Notes: a model not told the origin generated them from the letters alone. A stretch of DNA of 52,324 bases from an uncultured bacterium (GCA_964480475.1 CAYZPW010000009.1:1-52324), one strand, 5' to 3'; shown: positions 25,535 through 34,816, counted from the first letter of the stretch. Numbers and translations are program-made.

Positions 25535-26373
25535 GTGATCCAGGCTACCTCGTCCGGTCGCTCGGGTGTAACGAAGTTGTACGGTGGCCACGGGCCGCTC
25601 AAAAGCAGTTTATGGGGCCCGCGCTTGCTGACACGCCGGAACGCTTGCCGAAATGATTCAACCGACGCTCGGCGGACGAGAAAATAGAGGGAGAGGACCC
25701 GATTGCTAAATGGGGACACCGTCTGACGTGTCGGACCTGTCAGACCCGTCGGAGCCAATTCCGATTTGAACCGGACAAAGAGCCCAGAAAACGCAGATCG
25801 AATCTGTGCGATTATGTGCTCAATCTCTTTTAGATTACGGTCCTCGCGGGAATAATGGGCTTTGCGTGCCGACAAGTACTGCTTGCCGGACCGCGGGAAT
25901 TGAGTATTCGGACCAGTCGGACGAGTCGGACGAGTCCGACGAGTCGGACCAGGAGGGCATTGAGCTTCTGACATCATGACCCGGATTCCCATCTCCACGC
26001 TGCCCTTGAGCTCGCTTAACAGGGACAAATAGTAGTGGGCACGCTGCCCCAAATACCGCCCGACCTCTTCCTTGTCCGGGAACAGACAGCCGTAGCGCAT
26101 CGGGATGACGGTGCGGTCGTGGTTAAAGCGTTCGATGATCCTTTGGTAAGCCTGAATGCGCGTGATATCCGGTGTCAGATTCGGATGGACAGATGGAGAG
26201 ACCGAGGCGCCGAGACCATTGTGCGATACAACCATAATCGGTTGGCCGTCAACCCCTGTGAGGCGGACGGTTGTGTAGGGGCGTGGTCTCAGACCCGCCC
26301 GCTGTGCCCCTGCAAGGCGGACGGCTGGCGACTTTTCCTCGTTGGCAAATATGCAATAAAGGAGGTATTTCAT
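25531..26373 (-). CDS. GvpF/L-family paralog that carries an in-frame insertion of the 27-bp palindromic repeat plus two 9-bp microsatellite tracts
   Basis: KYLLYCIF at the N-terminus and LSGPWPPYNFV at the C-terminus. Residues AGAQRAGLRPRPYTTVRL are encoded by the solo repeat at 26275-26301 together with an 18-bp direct duplication. PTRRTRPTRPTGP and PTGLTGPTRQT are encoded by GTCGGACNN 9-mers. Confidence 0.7.
   Translation of the reverse strand: MKYLLYCIFANEEKSPAVRLAGAQRAGLRPRPYTTVRLTGVDGQPIMVVSHNGLGASVSPSVHPNLTPDITRIQAYQRIIERFNHDRTVIPMRYGCLFPDKEEVGRYLGQRAHYYLSLLSELKGSVEMGIRVMMSEAQCPPGPTRRTRPTRPTGPNTQFPRSGKQYLSARKAHYSREDRNLKEIEHIIAQIRSAFSGLFVRFKSELAPTGLTGPTRQTVSPFSNRVLSLYFLVRRASVESFRQAFRRVSKRGPHKLLLSGPWPPYNFVTPERPDEVAWIT
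26275..26301. repeat. Solo copy of the 27-bp GC-rich palindromic repeat, flanked by a roughly 20-bp imperfect direct duplication (cccctgtgaggcggacggttgt / cccctgcaaggcggacggctgg), lying inside the coding sequence
   Basis: GTAGGGGCGTGGTCTCAGACCCGCCCG is identical to the reverse complement of 1284-1310. Confidence 0.6.
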
Positions 26374-26398
26374 CTGCCTGGTAAGCCTTATTTACCCT

Positions 26399-27271
26399 TC
26401 ACACCATTTCCAAGGTCGGGGAGAAGCTGTAGGGGGGCCACGGCCCGGAGAGCTCAAAGTGAAGTCCGTGCTCCGCCTGCGCGGCCTTTATTCGGTTGAG
26501 GCACGCCGCGAAGACATCCTGGGAGTCTCTGGAAAGCAGAAACGCCCAATTCAGAACCATGTCCACATCCAAGCCGGTGGCATCACGGGAAAGCACTTTG
26601 CGTTCGCAGAAACGCGCCGCATACTGCCCGAGGTCTTCCCAAACTGCGGTCAAGATCGCTTTCAATCTCTGGTTCAATTGCCGCTCAACTTCGGCCGCCA
26701 TCTGCCTCTGCATGAAATACTGCTTTCCGGGTGAGAAAGATGCGAGACGCTCCTTCTCACCGGCCATCAGGTCCGAATTCAGCGACCTGTGCGCTTGCGC
26801 CCTGTCCAAGAATCCTTTCAGCGCCCATTCCGCTTTGTTGTCCACCTCGCCTAAGAAACGCGAAATGGTGCCATGGTGACGGACACATAATCCCACCATC
26901 CGCTGGGATGAGGCAAAAATCGTCCCGAAGCCTGCTGGCAGCACCGGTGAGTGCCGCATCACAGCCTCCACCACTTCCTGGTGACGACAGGCCCGGGGGC
27001 CCACCCAGGCCAGGTCCTTGAGGTCCGTTTCGGCCGACGGCCCGCTGAAATCCGCAACCATCACCTTGCTGGCCACGGCCACGATGTCCTTGTACGTCCA
27101 TTGTGAGACGGGATAGCGGGCATCCATGCCGGCGACCTTCAGCAACGGCACTCTCGCGGCCTGCGCAAAACCATAAAGATAGACGCCTTGCGCTTCGCGC
27201 GGTTGTGCTGTCGAACCAGTCAGAGAGGTCGGACACGTCAGACTGGTCGGACATCTATTATCAACCATCAC
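26399..27271 (-). CDS. gvpL: GvpL/GvpF-family gas vesicle protein with an N-terminal PTSLT repeat
   Basis: GVYLYGFA near the N-terminus and ELSGPWPPYSF near the C-terminus. The N-terminus reads CPTSLTCPTSLTGST and is encoded by 9-bp GTCGGAC-type tandem repeats. Confidence 0.7.
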   Translation of the reverse strand: MMVDNRCPTSLTCPTSLTGSTAQPREAQGVYLYGFAQAARVPLLKVAGMDARYPVSQWTYKDIVAVASKVMVADFSGPSAETDLKDLAWVGPRACRHQEVVEAVMRHSPVLPAGFGTIFASSQRMVGLCVRHHGTISRFLGEVDNKAEWALKGFLDRAQAHRSLNSDLMAGEKERLASFSPGKQYFMQRQMAAEVERQLNQRLKAILTAVWEDLGQYAARFCERKVLSRDATGLDVDMVLNWAFLLSRDSQDVFAACLNRIKAAQAEHGLHFELSGPWPPYSFSPTLEMV

Positions 27272-29379
27272 ACCGCCTCCAGGGCGCTAAAAAGATCGTC
27301 TGACGTGAGGCACAGATCGGGAACGTCGTCGGCCCCCGCGTCCCGTCCGGCCTGCACCGCGCGTCGGAGCGCAGAAAGCGCTGCTTTGTGACAGATGCCG
27401 GCAATTTCGGCCCCGCTGAGACCCTCGGTCTTTGCCGCCAGATCGTCTGGGCGAATATCCGCTGCGAGTGGTTTGTTGCGCAGATGAATCGCAAAAATCT
27501 TCTCCCGGCCATTTTTATCCGGCATGGGGATCTCGATAATCTCGTCAAAACGTCCGGGCCTCAGCACCGCCGGGTCAAGCATATCGGCCCGGCTTGTCGC
27601 GCCCAGGACCAGGACCCCCTTGAGTTCTTCGATCCCGTCAAGTTCGGTCAGGATTTGACTGAGCACCCGTTCCGACACGTGCGCATCCGATGCGCCGCCT
27701 CGAATCGGAACCAGGGCATCGATCTCATCAAAGAAAATGATACAAGGGGCAGCCTGCCTAGCCTTTTGAAAGACCTCCCGGACGGCCCTTTCGGATTCGC
27801 CCACATATTTAGAGAGGAGTGCCGGCCCCTTGACGGAAATAAAGTTGACGTGAGTTTCATTAGCGATGGCCTTGGCCATTAGCGTCTTCCCGCAGCCGGG
27901 CGAACCGGACAGGAGAATCCCCTTGGGCGGCTTGATCCCGGCCTGATCAAAGAGACGGGGAAACTTTAGGGGCCATTCCACCGCTTCCACCAGACTCTCC
28001 TTAACCGCGTCCAGGCCGCCGACGTCCTCCCAGCGAACATTCGGTACCTCGACGAAGACCTCTCGAATGGCCGATGGCTCCACCTCCCGCAGGGCGGCGC
28101 GGTAATCGTCCATGTGGACTTCCAGGGCCGCGAGCTGCTCATAGGGGATGGATGTCAGCCCAAAATCGATATCCGGCATGATCCGTCGCAAACAGAGCAT
28201 GGCGGCCTCGCGGCAGAGGGCTTCAAGATCGGCGCCGACGAAACCATGCGTAATTTCGGCTAAGTGCGCCATGTCCACGTCCGGGGCCAGCGGCATGCCG
28301 CGGCTGTGGATGTCCAGTATCTCCAATCGGCCGAGGCGGTCCGGAATCGGAATGCGGATTTCCCGGTCAAAGCGGCCGGGGCGCCGCAAGGCCGGGTCCA
28401 GGGCATTGGGGATATTGGTGGCCGCAATGACGATGACATTTTGACGCTTGGTAAGCCCGTCCATGAGGGCCAAAAGCTGGGCGACCACCCGCTTCTCAAC
28501 GTCCCCCACAACTTTTTCCCTGGGCGGGGCAATGGCGTCGATTTCGTCCAGAAAGACGATGCTGGGCCCCTTGCGGCTGGCCTCATCAAAGATCTTACGC
28601 AGATGCGCCTCGCTTTCTCCATAGAACTTGTGGATAACTTCCGGGCCGCTGACGGAAAAAAACTGGGCCTCGGTTTCGTGGGCGATAGCCCGGGCAATGA
28701 GGGTTTTGCCGCATCCCGGAGGACCGTGCAGCAGCACCCCCTTGGGGGCTTCGATCCCGAGGCGGCTGAAAACCTCCGGATACCGCAGCGGCAGCTCGAT
28801 CATCTCGCGTATCCGCAAAAGCTGAGGCTTAAGCCCGCCGATGTCCTCGTAGGCTACCCGGCCCGCGGAGTCCGCTTCTTTCGTCTTGACGATGGCAAGT
28901 CGGGTGGTGGGATTGATGAGAACAGGGCCTTCAGGGACCGTATGCTGCACTTTGAAGTCGGCAGACCGGCTGCCAAATAGATTGGCCCGGATCCGGTCGC
29001 CCACCAAAACCGGCAAGCCGTCCAGAAGACTTCCGATGTACTTCAGATCACGCTCGCTCGGGGTGATGCTTGTCGGGGCTAATGATACTCTCTCCGCCGG
29101 GCTACAGGCCGTTTTGCGGATGTTCACGAACTCATCGAGGCCGGCGCCGACGTTCTCTCTGGTGAGGCCATCAAGCTGCACCCGGGACTGGCCGCGAATC
29201 TCCTTGTAAGCTGGCATGGCCTTACAGACGGTTCTGCGTTTGGCCTCGATCTCTACGATGTCACCGATAGCCAAATCCAGTCGCTTCATGTCTTCCGGGC
29301 CCATTCGGGCAAAGCATCTTCCAACGTCCTTGCTGAGGGCTTCCGTAACTTTCAGTTTAAGTCCTTCTTTCTCTTTCAC
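27268..29379 (-). CDS. Cdc48/VCP/VAT-like double-ring AAA+ ATPase (N-domain, D1 and D2)
   Basis: Two complete AAA modules (GPPGCGKTLIARAIA...DEIDAI and GSPGCGKTLMAKAIA...DEIDAL). The N-terminal domain resembles a double-psi barrel. Confidence 0.85.
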   Translation of the reverse strand: MKEKEGLKLKVTEALSKDVGRCFARMGPEDMKRLDLAIGDIVEIEAKRRTVCKAMPAYKEIRGQSRVQLDGLTRENVGAGLDEFVNIRKTACSPAERVSLAPTSITPSERDLKYIGSLLDGLPVLVGDRIRANLFGSRSADFKVQHTVPEGPVLINPTTRLAIVKTKEADSAGRVAYEDIGGLKPQLLRIREMIELPLRYPEVFSRLGIEAPKGVLLHGPPGCGKTLIARAIAHETEAQFFSVSGPEVIHKFYGESEAHLRKIFDEASRKGPSIVFLDEIDAIAPPREKVVGDVEKRVVAQLLALMDGLTKRQNVIVIAATNIPNALDPALRRPGRFDREIRIPIPDRLGRLEILDIHSRGMPLAPDVDMAHLAEITHGFVGADLEALCREAAMLCLRRIMPDIDFGLTSIPYEQLAALEVHMDDYRAALREVEPSAIREVFVEVPNVRWEDVGGLDAVKESLVEAVEWPLKFPRLFDQAGIKPPKGILLSGSPGCGKTLMAKAIANETHVNFISVKGPALLSKYVGESERAVREVFQKARQAAPCIIFFDEIDALVPIRGGASDAHVSERVLSQILTELDGIEELKGVLVLGATSRADMLDPAVLRPGRFDEIIEIPMPDKNGREKIFAIHLRNKPLAADIRPDDLAAKTEGLSGAEIAGICHKAALSALRRAVQAGRDAGADDVPDLCLTSDDLFSALEAV

Positions 29380-29459
29380 GCATCGCTTCCTTTCATTACC
29401 CGCCCGAAATACGCTCGGCCCTTGGCGGCCGTGGGACCGTCCTTTGATACCCTAAACGG

Positions 29460-29960
29460 CTACAGGGCGCACTTTATCTCCAAAATGCCGTTATTGCAGG
29501 ACATGTGCATCTTCTCTTTGGGATAACTTCTAGGCATCAGGACTTCTTTGCGGTATTTCTTCTCCCCGTGTTCAGCATATAGCGTCAGCAGATCGTCTTT
29601 GACGTCGATTTGGACATCATCTTCACTGATGCCCGGCATCTCGACCACAACTAGTGTATGGTCCTTCTCCTCGAAGACATCGGCAATGGGCTCGCGAATC
29701 TCCTGCACCACAGCTTCACCGGACTCTTCATCGCGGCGGATGTTTCCGAAAGGCTCAATCTTGACTTCATCCCCTCCCAAACCCACTTTGACGGAGAAAC
29801 CGTATATCCCCTTCAGGTCCTTTCCCTTTCGTTTGAAATCGATCTCTCCGGTTCTAGACAGCCGCTCCCCCTTTTCCGCGAGCTCGCCAAGCTTATCTAC
29901 CAGGTCCGCCAAACCTCCTAGAATCCCTCCGAAGCCGCCTCCGCTCTTCTTGTCACTCAT
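29460..29960 (-). CDS. Hsp20/alpha-crystallin family small heat-shock protein
   Basis: Gly-rich N-terminus. C-terminal alpha-crystallin domain (...VVVEMPGISEDDVQIDVKDDLLTL...ILEI). It overlaps the upstream activator gene by 8 bp. Confidence 0.7.
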   Translation of the reverse strand: MSDKKSGGGFGGILGGLADLVDKLGELAEKGERLSRTGEIDFKRKGKDLKGIYGFSVKVGLGGDEVKIEPFGNIRRDEESGEAVVQEIREPIADVFEEKDHTLVVVEMPGISEDDVQIDVKDDLLTLYAEHGEKKYRKEVLMPRSYPKEKMHMSCNNGILEIKCAL

Positions 29961-31368
29961 GGTTCCCTCCGCTATTCATTTGAATACCCAGTTTCTTGAC
30001 CTTAGTATGCATCGTTTTGTAGTCTATTCCGAGAATCCGCGCTGCTTTGGCCTTGTTCCCGCCTGTGGACTGTAACGTCCGGGTAAGAACTTCTCTTTCC
30101 ACTACCGCCGTGCTCTCACGCACGATGGTCTTCAAGGAGGCCTTCCCCAATAGTCCTCTCTTCATTTCAGGCCCCACGTCCCACGACACCGATGATCGCT
30201 TCCGGATATCCAGATGACCTTTGGTGATAATCTCGTCGGCTAGAAGAACCGCGCGGCGGACGGTGGACCGGAACTCACGCACATTCCCGGGCCATGGGTA
30301 ATCCAGCAGCGTTTCCAGGGCCTCTTCAGAGAACCCGTTCACGTTCTTGTTCAATTCTGCGTTGGCGATGTCCAGAAAACGCTTGGCCAGATAAGGTATA
30401 TCATCTCTTCGCTCCCGCAGGGGCGGTACTCTTATGGTAAACTCCTTCAGCCGGAAAAAGAGATCGCTGCGAAAAGCGCCTGCCTCGGCGAGGCTGTTAA
30501 GGTCCCGGTTGGAGGCGGTCAGCAGACGAACGTCTATCTTGGCAGGTTTGTTGCTGCCCACCGGCAAGACCTCTTTCTCCTGAATAACCCGTAGAAGTTT
30601 GGCTTGCGAAGATAGTGGCAGGTTGGTGACCTCATCTAACAACAGCGTCCCACCTTGGGCGGATACGAGTTTGCCAACTTTTCTCTGTCCCGCCCCGGTA
30701 AACGCGCCTTTCTCGTGACCAAACAGCTCGCTTTCCAGTAGTGCCTCCGGAATGGCCCCGCAGTCCAATGGAACAAAAGGCCCTTGGGAACGCAAACTGG
30801 CCTTGTGTATGGCCCGGGCAACAACCTCTTTTCCAGACCCTGTCTCCCCTTGGATCACCACAGTAAAATCGGACCGGGCGACTCGCTCGACCATCGCGAT
30901 AAGGTTGCCGACCGACTCGCTGGGTCCCATTGCCTCTCTCAGCGGGCCGTCCTTTCTGATCTGGCTGGTAAGGTTCTTCAGTCTCCGTTTGAGTTCTCTT
31001 TCTGAAAGCGCTCCGTGAACTGCACGAATCACATCGTCATGCTCAAAAGGCTTGGTGAGATAATCGTACGCACCGGCCTTTATCGCTTCAACCGCGCCGT
31101 GGATTTCGCCAAACGCCGTGATAATGACCACGGGAAGGTCGGGGTCCAGTTCTTTGGCGTGCACCAACACCTCTGAGCCATCCATGTTAGGCATTCTCAT
31201 GTCAAGTAACATGAGATCGGGCGAGGCGGAACGGATGGACTCCAGCGCCGGCTCGCCATCATTCGCCATAATGGCTTTGAATCCCTCGCGTTCTACGAGC
31301 GTTGCAAGCATCCGGCAGATATCCCTGTCGTCATCCACAATCAGAACTCGGACCTCGAGTTTCTCCAT
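29953..31368 (-). CDS. NtrC-family sigma-54-dependent transcriptional activator (receiver, AAA+ sigma-54 interaction domain and Fis-type HTH)
   Basis: Receiver motifs (VLIVDDD…LLDMRMPNMDG), Walker A GETGSGKE, a GAFTGA loop, and a C-terminal HTH (AARILGIDYKTMHTKVKKLGI). The start is taken at MEKLEV. Confidence 0.85.
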   Translation of the reverse strand: MEKLEVRVLIVDDDRDICRMLATLVEREGFKAIMANDGEPALESIRSASPDLMLLDMRMPNMDGSEVLVHAKELDPDLPVVIITAFGEIHGAVEAIKAGAYDYLTKPFEHDDVIRAVHGALSERELKRRLKNLTSQIRKDGPLREAMGPSESVGNLIAMVERVARSDFTVVIQGETGSGKEVVARAIHKASLRSQGPFVPLDCGAIPEALLESELFGHEKGAFTGAGQRKVGKLVSAQGGTLLLDEVTNLPLSSQAKLLRVIQEKEVLPVGSNKPAKIDVRLLTASNRDLNSLAEAGAFRSDLFFRLKEFTIRVPPLRERRDDIPYLAKRFLDIANAELNKNVNGFSEEALETLLDYPWPGNVREFRSTVRRAVLLADEIITKGHLDIRKRSSVSWDVGPEMKRGLLGKASLKTIVRESTAVVEREVLTRTLQSTGGNKAKAARILGIDYKTMHTKVKKLGIQMNSGGNHE

Positions 31369-31391
31369 GGCTCTTGCTCCGTTCAATCCCC

Positions 31392-32030
31392 TCACCGCCC
31401 CGCAGAGCCGGCGGGTTTCTCGATCAGATGCGCCAGATGAATATCTCCGTTGAGGAACGGCTCGGGTGAGTGAAGCATCCCCAAAAAAAGGACCCCAGTC
31501 TCCCCCGCACATAGGCTGTGATTGATGCGCTGCGCGATATAACGATCACGCGCTTTGAGTAACGATTCGGCCAATGTCTTTTGGTGTGTTTTCATCTTGG
31601 CCGTTCTGGACGCATTGCCGGTATCCAGGATGCATTTGGACAATTCGTATTCTCTGACCAGAAGTTCAGCCGATTCGGTTCCCATGAGGGCAGCGCCCTT
31701 TTCTATCAAACGCAGGAGAAGCTGATGATTGCGGCTGCCCGAAGTCGCCAGTTCCTGAACGATCTCCCGCTCACGCCCGCAAACAGGCAGACTATCTTGA
31801 TAGAGGCGGACTTTAGCGTAAACCAGGTCCAGCCGGTTGATAGCGGTTTCTATGTCCGCCCATATCTGATCTATGGCAGCCACCTTGCGCTTCAGAAGCG
31901 TTTCTCCCATCCTGTAAAGATGAGCCCGGCGAATCGATTTGCCCAGAAGGCCCATATCGGCCTGTGTGTGCACAATGGGCACGTAGGCCAAGGTCCTTTC
32001 GAATCCGCTAGCGTCTGCTTTCCCAATCAT
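31392..32030 (-). CDS. Hypothetical protein
   Basis: 212-aa ORF with protein-like composition but no motif I recognise. Confidence 0.3.
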   Translation of the reverse strand: MIGKADASGFERTLAYVPIVHTQADMGLLGKSIRRAHLYRMGETLLKRKVAAIDQIWADIETAINRLDLVYAKVRLYQDSLPVCGREREIVQELATSGSRNHQLLLRLIEKGAALMGTESAELLVREYELSKCILDTGNASRTAKMKTHQKTLAESLLKARDRYIAQRINHSLCAGETGVLFLGMLHSPEPFLNGDIHLAHLIEKPAGSAGR

Positions 32031-32130
32031 ATCCCGCGGTCAATACAGTGAATCCCATCTCGAAAGAATAAGTCCTATCCAGCCTCGGGCTGCAGTTCAT
32101 ACGCCAAACACCTCGAAACAAGACCGATGG

Positions 32131-32823
32131 TCACCGTCCGTCCAACACTCCCCGAACGGTCTCTGCAAATTGCTGTTCGGCGAAGGGCTTCACGATAAGG
32201 GCGCGAACACCTATATCCTTGGCCTTTTCCCCAGAGACCCTCTCACTGTGTTCAGCACTAAGGATGACCAACCTGTCCCTGAACACGGCGACAACGTTCT
32301 TAGGGCGACCGATAGAATCCCTCAGGATGGGAAGGACAGTACTCTCCGAAATCGCCTCTGGATACTTTTGCCGCGCACGGTACTCTGAGACTCTGATCTG
32401 CGCTCGGTCAGAGAGAAGGTCCTGCCAATGACGGGCGAATCCGGGCCGATCTTCCACCATGATGAATCGGGTGAGCCTAGTACCAACGAGCTCTTGTTCC
32501 TTGCGGCGTAGCTTTTCTGAAGCAATCCTATTAACGTCTAATGTGCCAGCATGTACATCTGTAACGACGAGGCCGTCCATTAACGCATCGGCAAGGGACG
32601 TGAACTGGTCAAACCCTATCCACGCCTTTTTCATCATGGCGCCATCGGCTATTCTTCGGCATGCCTGCGTGACATCGGTATGTGCTGCCTTCTTGCTTAT
32701 CACGGACAATCCTCGCCTCTTTACTGGATCAATTGTAGAAAGCTGGTAGTTGCTTAGCGTGAAGCGGCATAAATCGCAACTTTGAGGCAGTTTAGGCGTG
32801 ATGACTTCATTTACGTCATCCAC
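32131..32823 (-). CDS. Hypothetical regulatory protein: a PAS-like N-terminus and a degenerate receiver-like C-terminus
   Basis: The C-terminal ...IGVRALIVKPFAEQQFAETVRGVL resembles the alpha5 region of a receiver domain. Weak call. Confidence 0.3.
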   Translation of the reverse strand: MDDVNEVITPKLPQSCDLCRFTLSNYQLSTIDPVKRRGLSVISKKAAHTDVTQACRRIADGAMMKKAWIGFDQFTSLADALMDGLVVTDVHAGTLDVNRIASEKLRRKEQELVGTRLTRFIMVEDRPGFARHWQDLLSDRAQIRVSEYRARQKYPEAISESTVLPILRDSIGRPKNVVAVFRDRLVILSAEHSERVSGEKAKDIGVRALIVKPFAEQQFAETVRGVLDGR

Positions 32824-33087
32824 CGTTCCCAGCAGGTCACCCTCATAAACTACAGAGAATCATCTTAGCTGGTACCTCTTTCTTGTCAACCCCTTTTCTT
32901 GTACTGAAGTCAGTAGTTCTCTGAATACTCTATTACTCATCCCGGCCCATAAGCTCGACGGAGTGCGATAAAAACCCACAAATCCTCACGAATCTGATTG
33001 GTCGGTAGGCGAACAGATGTTGCTCAGCGTGGACGTGCTTGGCCTATTTAGGAGAGCAGAATGGCTGTCCGCATGAACTAGCAGAAT

Positions 33088-33309
33088 ATGGAAGGTGTAC
33101 TAGAGATGAGATGGCGCGCGGTGCTTGAGCAGGACCCGGGAACCGGCGATTGCGCCGTCTGGCGCCCGGAGCTCCCCGGCTGCACATCGGCCGGAGAAAG
33201 GCAAGAAGAGTCGCTTCAGAGCATCCGCGAGGCGATTGAGCTTCACCTTTCGCCCTCGCCTCTTGAATTGCCGCACGGGTCAATCACAAGAGAAGTGATC
33301 GCTGGATGA
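33088..33309 (+). CDS. HicB-like (UPF0150) antitoxin-fold protein, orphan and possibly truncated
   Basis: WRAVLEQDPGTGDCAVWRPELPGCTSAGERQEESLQSIREAIELHL matches the HicB N-domain pattern. No HicA gene is evident nearby. Confidence 0.5.
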   Translation: MEGVLEMRWRAVLEQDPGTGDCAVWRPELPGCTSAGERQEESLQSIREAIELHLSPSPLELPHGSITREVIAG

Positions 33310-33318
33310 GCCGGGGTA

Positions 33319-33579
33319 TTGGTTCCGAAGCCGAAGCTGCTTATGCTCGATGAGCCGTCTCTTGGCTTGGCGCCGAATCTGCTCGACGACGTCTTCGAGA
33401 CGATAGGCCAGATCAATCGCGAAACAAGTGTGGCCATCCTCATCGTGGAACAGAAGGTGCGCGAGATTCTGAAGGTCTGCCATCGCGTCTATTCGCTCAA
33501 GCTCGGCAAAGTGTCCTTCTCCGGCCTGCCGGATGAGCTCCAGCAGGACAAGGAAGCTCTGAAGCGGCTGTTCCTATAG
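33319..33579 (+). pseudogene. C-terminal fragment of an ABC-transporter ATP-binding subunit (LivF-like)
   Basis: PKLLMLDEPSLGLAP...ILIVEQKVREILKVCHRVYSLKLGKV covers the signature/Walker B/H-loop region only. The N-terminal 60% or so is absent. Confidence 0.6.
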
Positions 33580-33877
33580 GCGCTTCTACGCTCCTCAGAT
33601 AGAGCTTGCGCGACTCACCCCGGATCAGCACTGGAGGCACATTGGGACTAACAGCCCTGCTGAACCAGCGTTCGCAAGTATCCGTCTACGGACGAATGCA
33701 GCCAAACGCTTCAAGAAGGTCGAAAACGCAACGGCCGTCTTATGGAAGATGCTGATGATAGCCGAGAGGAGCTTCAAGCGCTTGAAGGCTTCGGAACTTG
33801 TGAAACCGGTCTGTGAGGGGGTAGTCTATGTCGATGGGAGAGAAAAAGAGCCTGAGAAAGGGGAACTAGTTGCCTAA
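33563..33877 (+). pseudogene. Transposase C-terminal remnant (IS256/mutator-like)
   Basis: The open frame reads ...IRLRTNAAKRFKKVENATAVLWKMLMIAERSFKRLKA..., which resembles the RTTNxIExxN...KLLYLA block of the IS256 family. There is no start codon and no N-terminal catalytic region. Confidence 0.35.
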
Positions 33878-34003
33878 CTTGAATTCACACGCTTAATGAG
33901 GGAGAAAACATACAGATTAAAGAGAAGTCAAAATAACAGCGAACAAGGCACTGTGTTGGACGGCGATTCCGCCGTGCTTCATTGCGGCCGGTCAGCTTGG
34001 TAG

Positions 34004-34103
34004 TTCTGCACAAAAGACTATGAATCAGATTAATAGATATGGTCTAATTGGTCGTTCCGCACGAAGGCTATGAATCATACTAATAGACATGGTCTAAGTA
34101 GGC
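34004..34103. repeat. Imperfect tandem duplication of about 50 bp (two units each containing CTATGAATCAnAnTAATAGAnATGGTCTAA) spanning the start codon of the HNH-domain gene
   Basis: Direct comparison of 34004-34053 with 34054-34103. Confidence 0.5.
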
Positions 34104-34816
34104 ATATCCCGGAGGCTATTGCCAGGAGTATCCGGAAGCGATGCGGGTTTGGTTGCGTGAAATGTGGCCGGGCCATTTATGAGTATCATCATTTCGATCC
34201 ACCATTTGAAGATGCCAAGGAGCATAGAGAGGATGGTATAACCTTATTATGCCCAAACTGCCACGCGGACCAGCAAAAGGGACTTCTATCGCGTGGTGCT
34301 GTTGAACAAAGCAATGAGAATCCAAAATGCCTCGAAAGAGGTTTCTCAAGTCGTTGGCTTGATCTCAAGGGCTCTCCTAACGTGGTCTTAGGACACATTA
34401 CCTTCATCAATACTCCTAATATGATAGAGGCTTTTGGAGAATCACTACTTGCTATTGAGGGACCAGGGGATAGTAATGCCCCTTTCAGTCTTAGTGCTGT
34501 GTTTCACGATGCATCGGGACGGGAGATCGCTAGAATCCGCAGGAACGAATGGCAAGGAAATGCCGAGAACTGGGATATAAAAAATGAAGGCAATAAGTTC
34601 ATTATAAGGGAGCGCCTTGGCAAAGCTTCTCTTGTCTTGAGAGTCAATCCGCCCAGTAGCTTGACTGTGGAACGTCTTGATATGTTCTACAGAGGTCTTC
34701 GAATTGTGGCCTCTCTGGGCGAAGACAGAACAGTCTTCTTGGTTAATGGGGAAGTGTGGTTCGAAACTCCGGGTATGCGCATCATCTCGAGTGCTCACGG
34801 CATTGTACTACGTTAA
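34070..34816 (+). CDS. HNH-endonuclease-domain protein with an uncharacterised C-terminal domain
   Basis: CGFGCVKCGRAIYEYHHFDPPFEDAKEHREDGITLLCPNCHADQ fits the C..C...H.H...N...C..CH HNH motif. About 170 aa of unknown sequence follow. The region is lower in GC. Confidence 0.55.
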   Translation: MNHTNRHGLSRHIPEAIARSIRKRCGFGCVKCGRAIYEYHHFDPPFEDAKEHREDGITLLCPNCHADQQKGLLSRGAVEQSNENPKCLERGFSSRWLDLKGSPNVVLGHITFINTPNMIEAFGESLLAIEGPGDSNAPFSLSAVFHDASGREIARIRRNEWQGNAENWDIKNEGNKFIIRERLGKASLVLRVNPPSSLTVERLDMFYRGLRIVASLGEDRTVFLVNGEVWFETPGMRIISSAHGIVLR

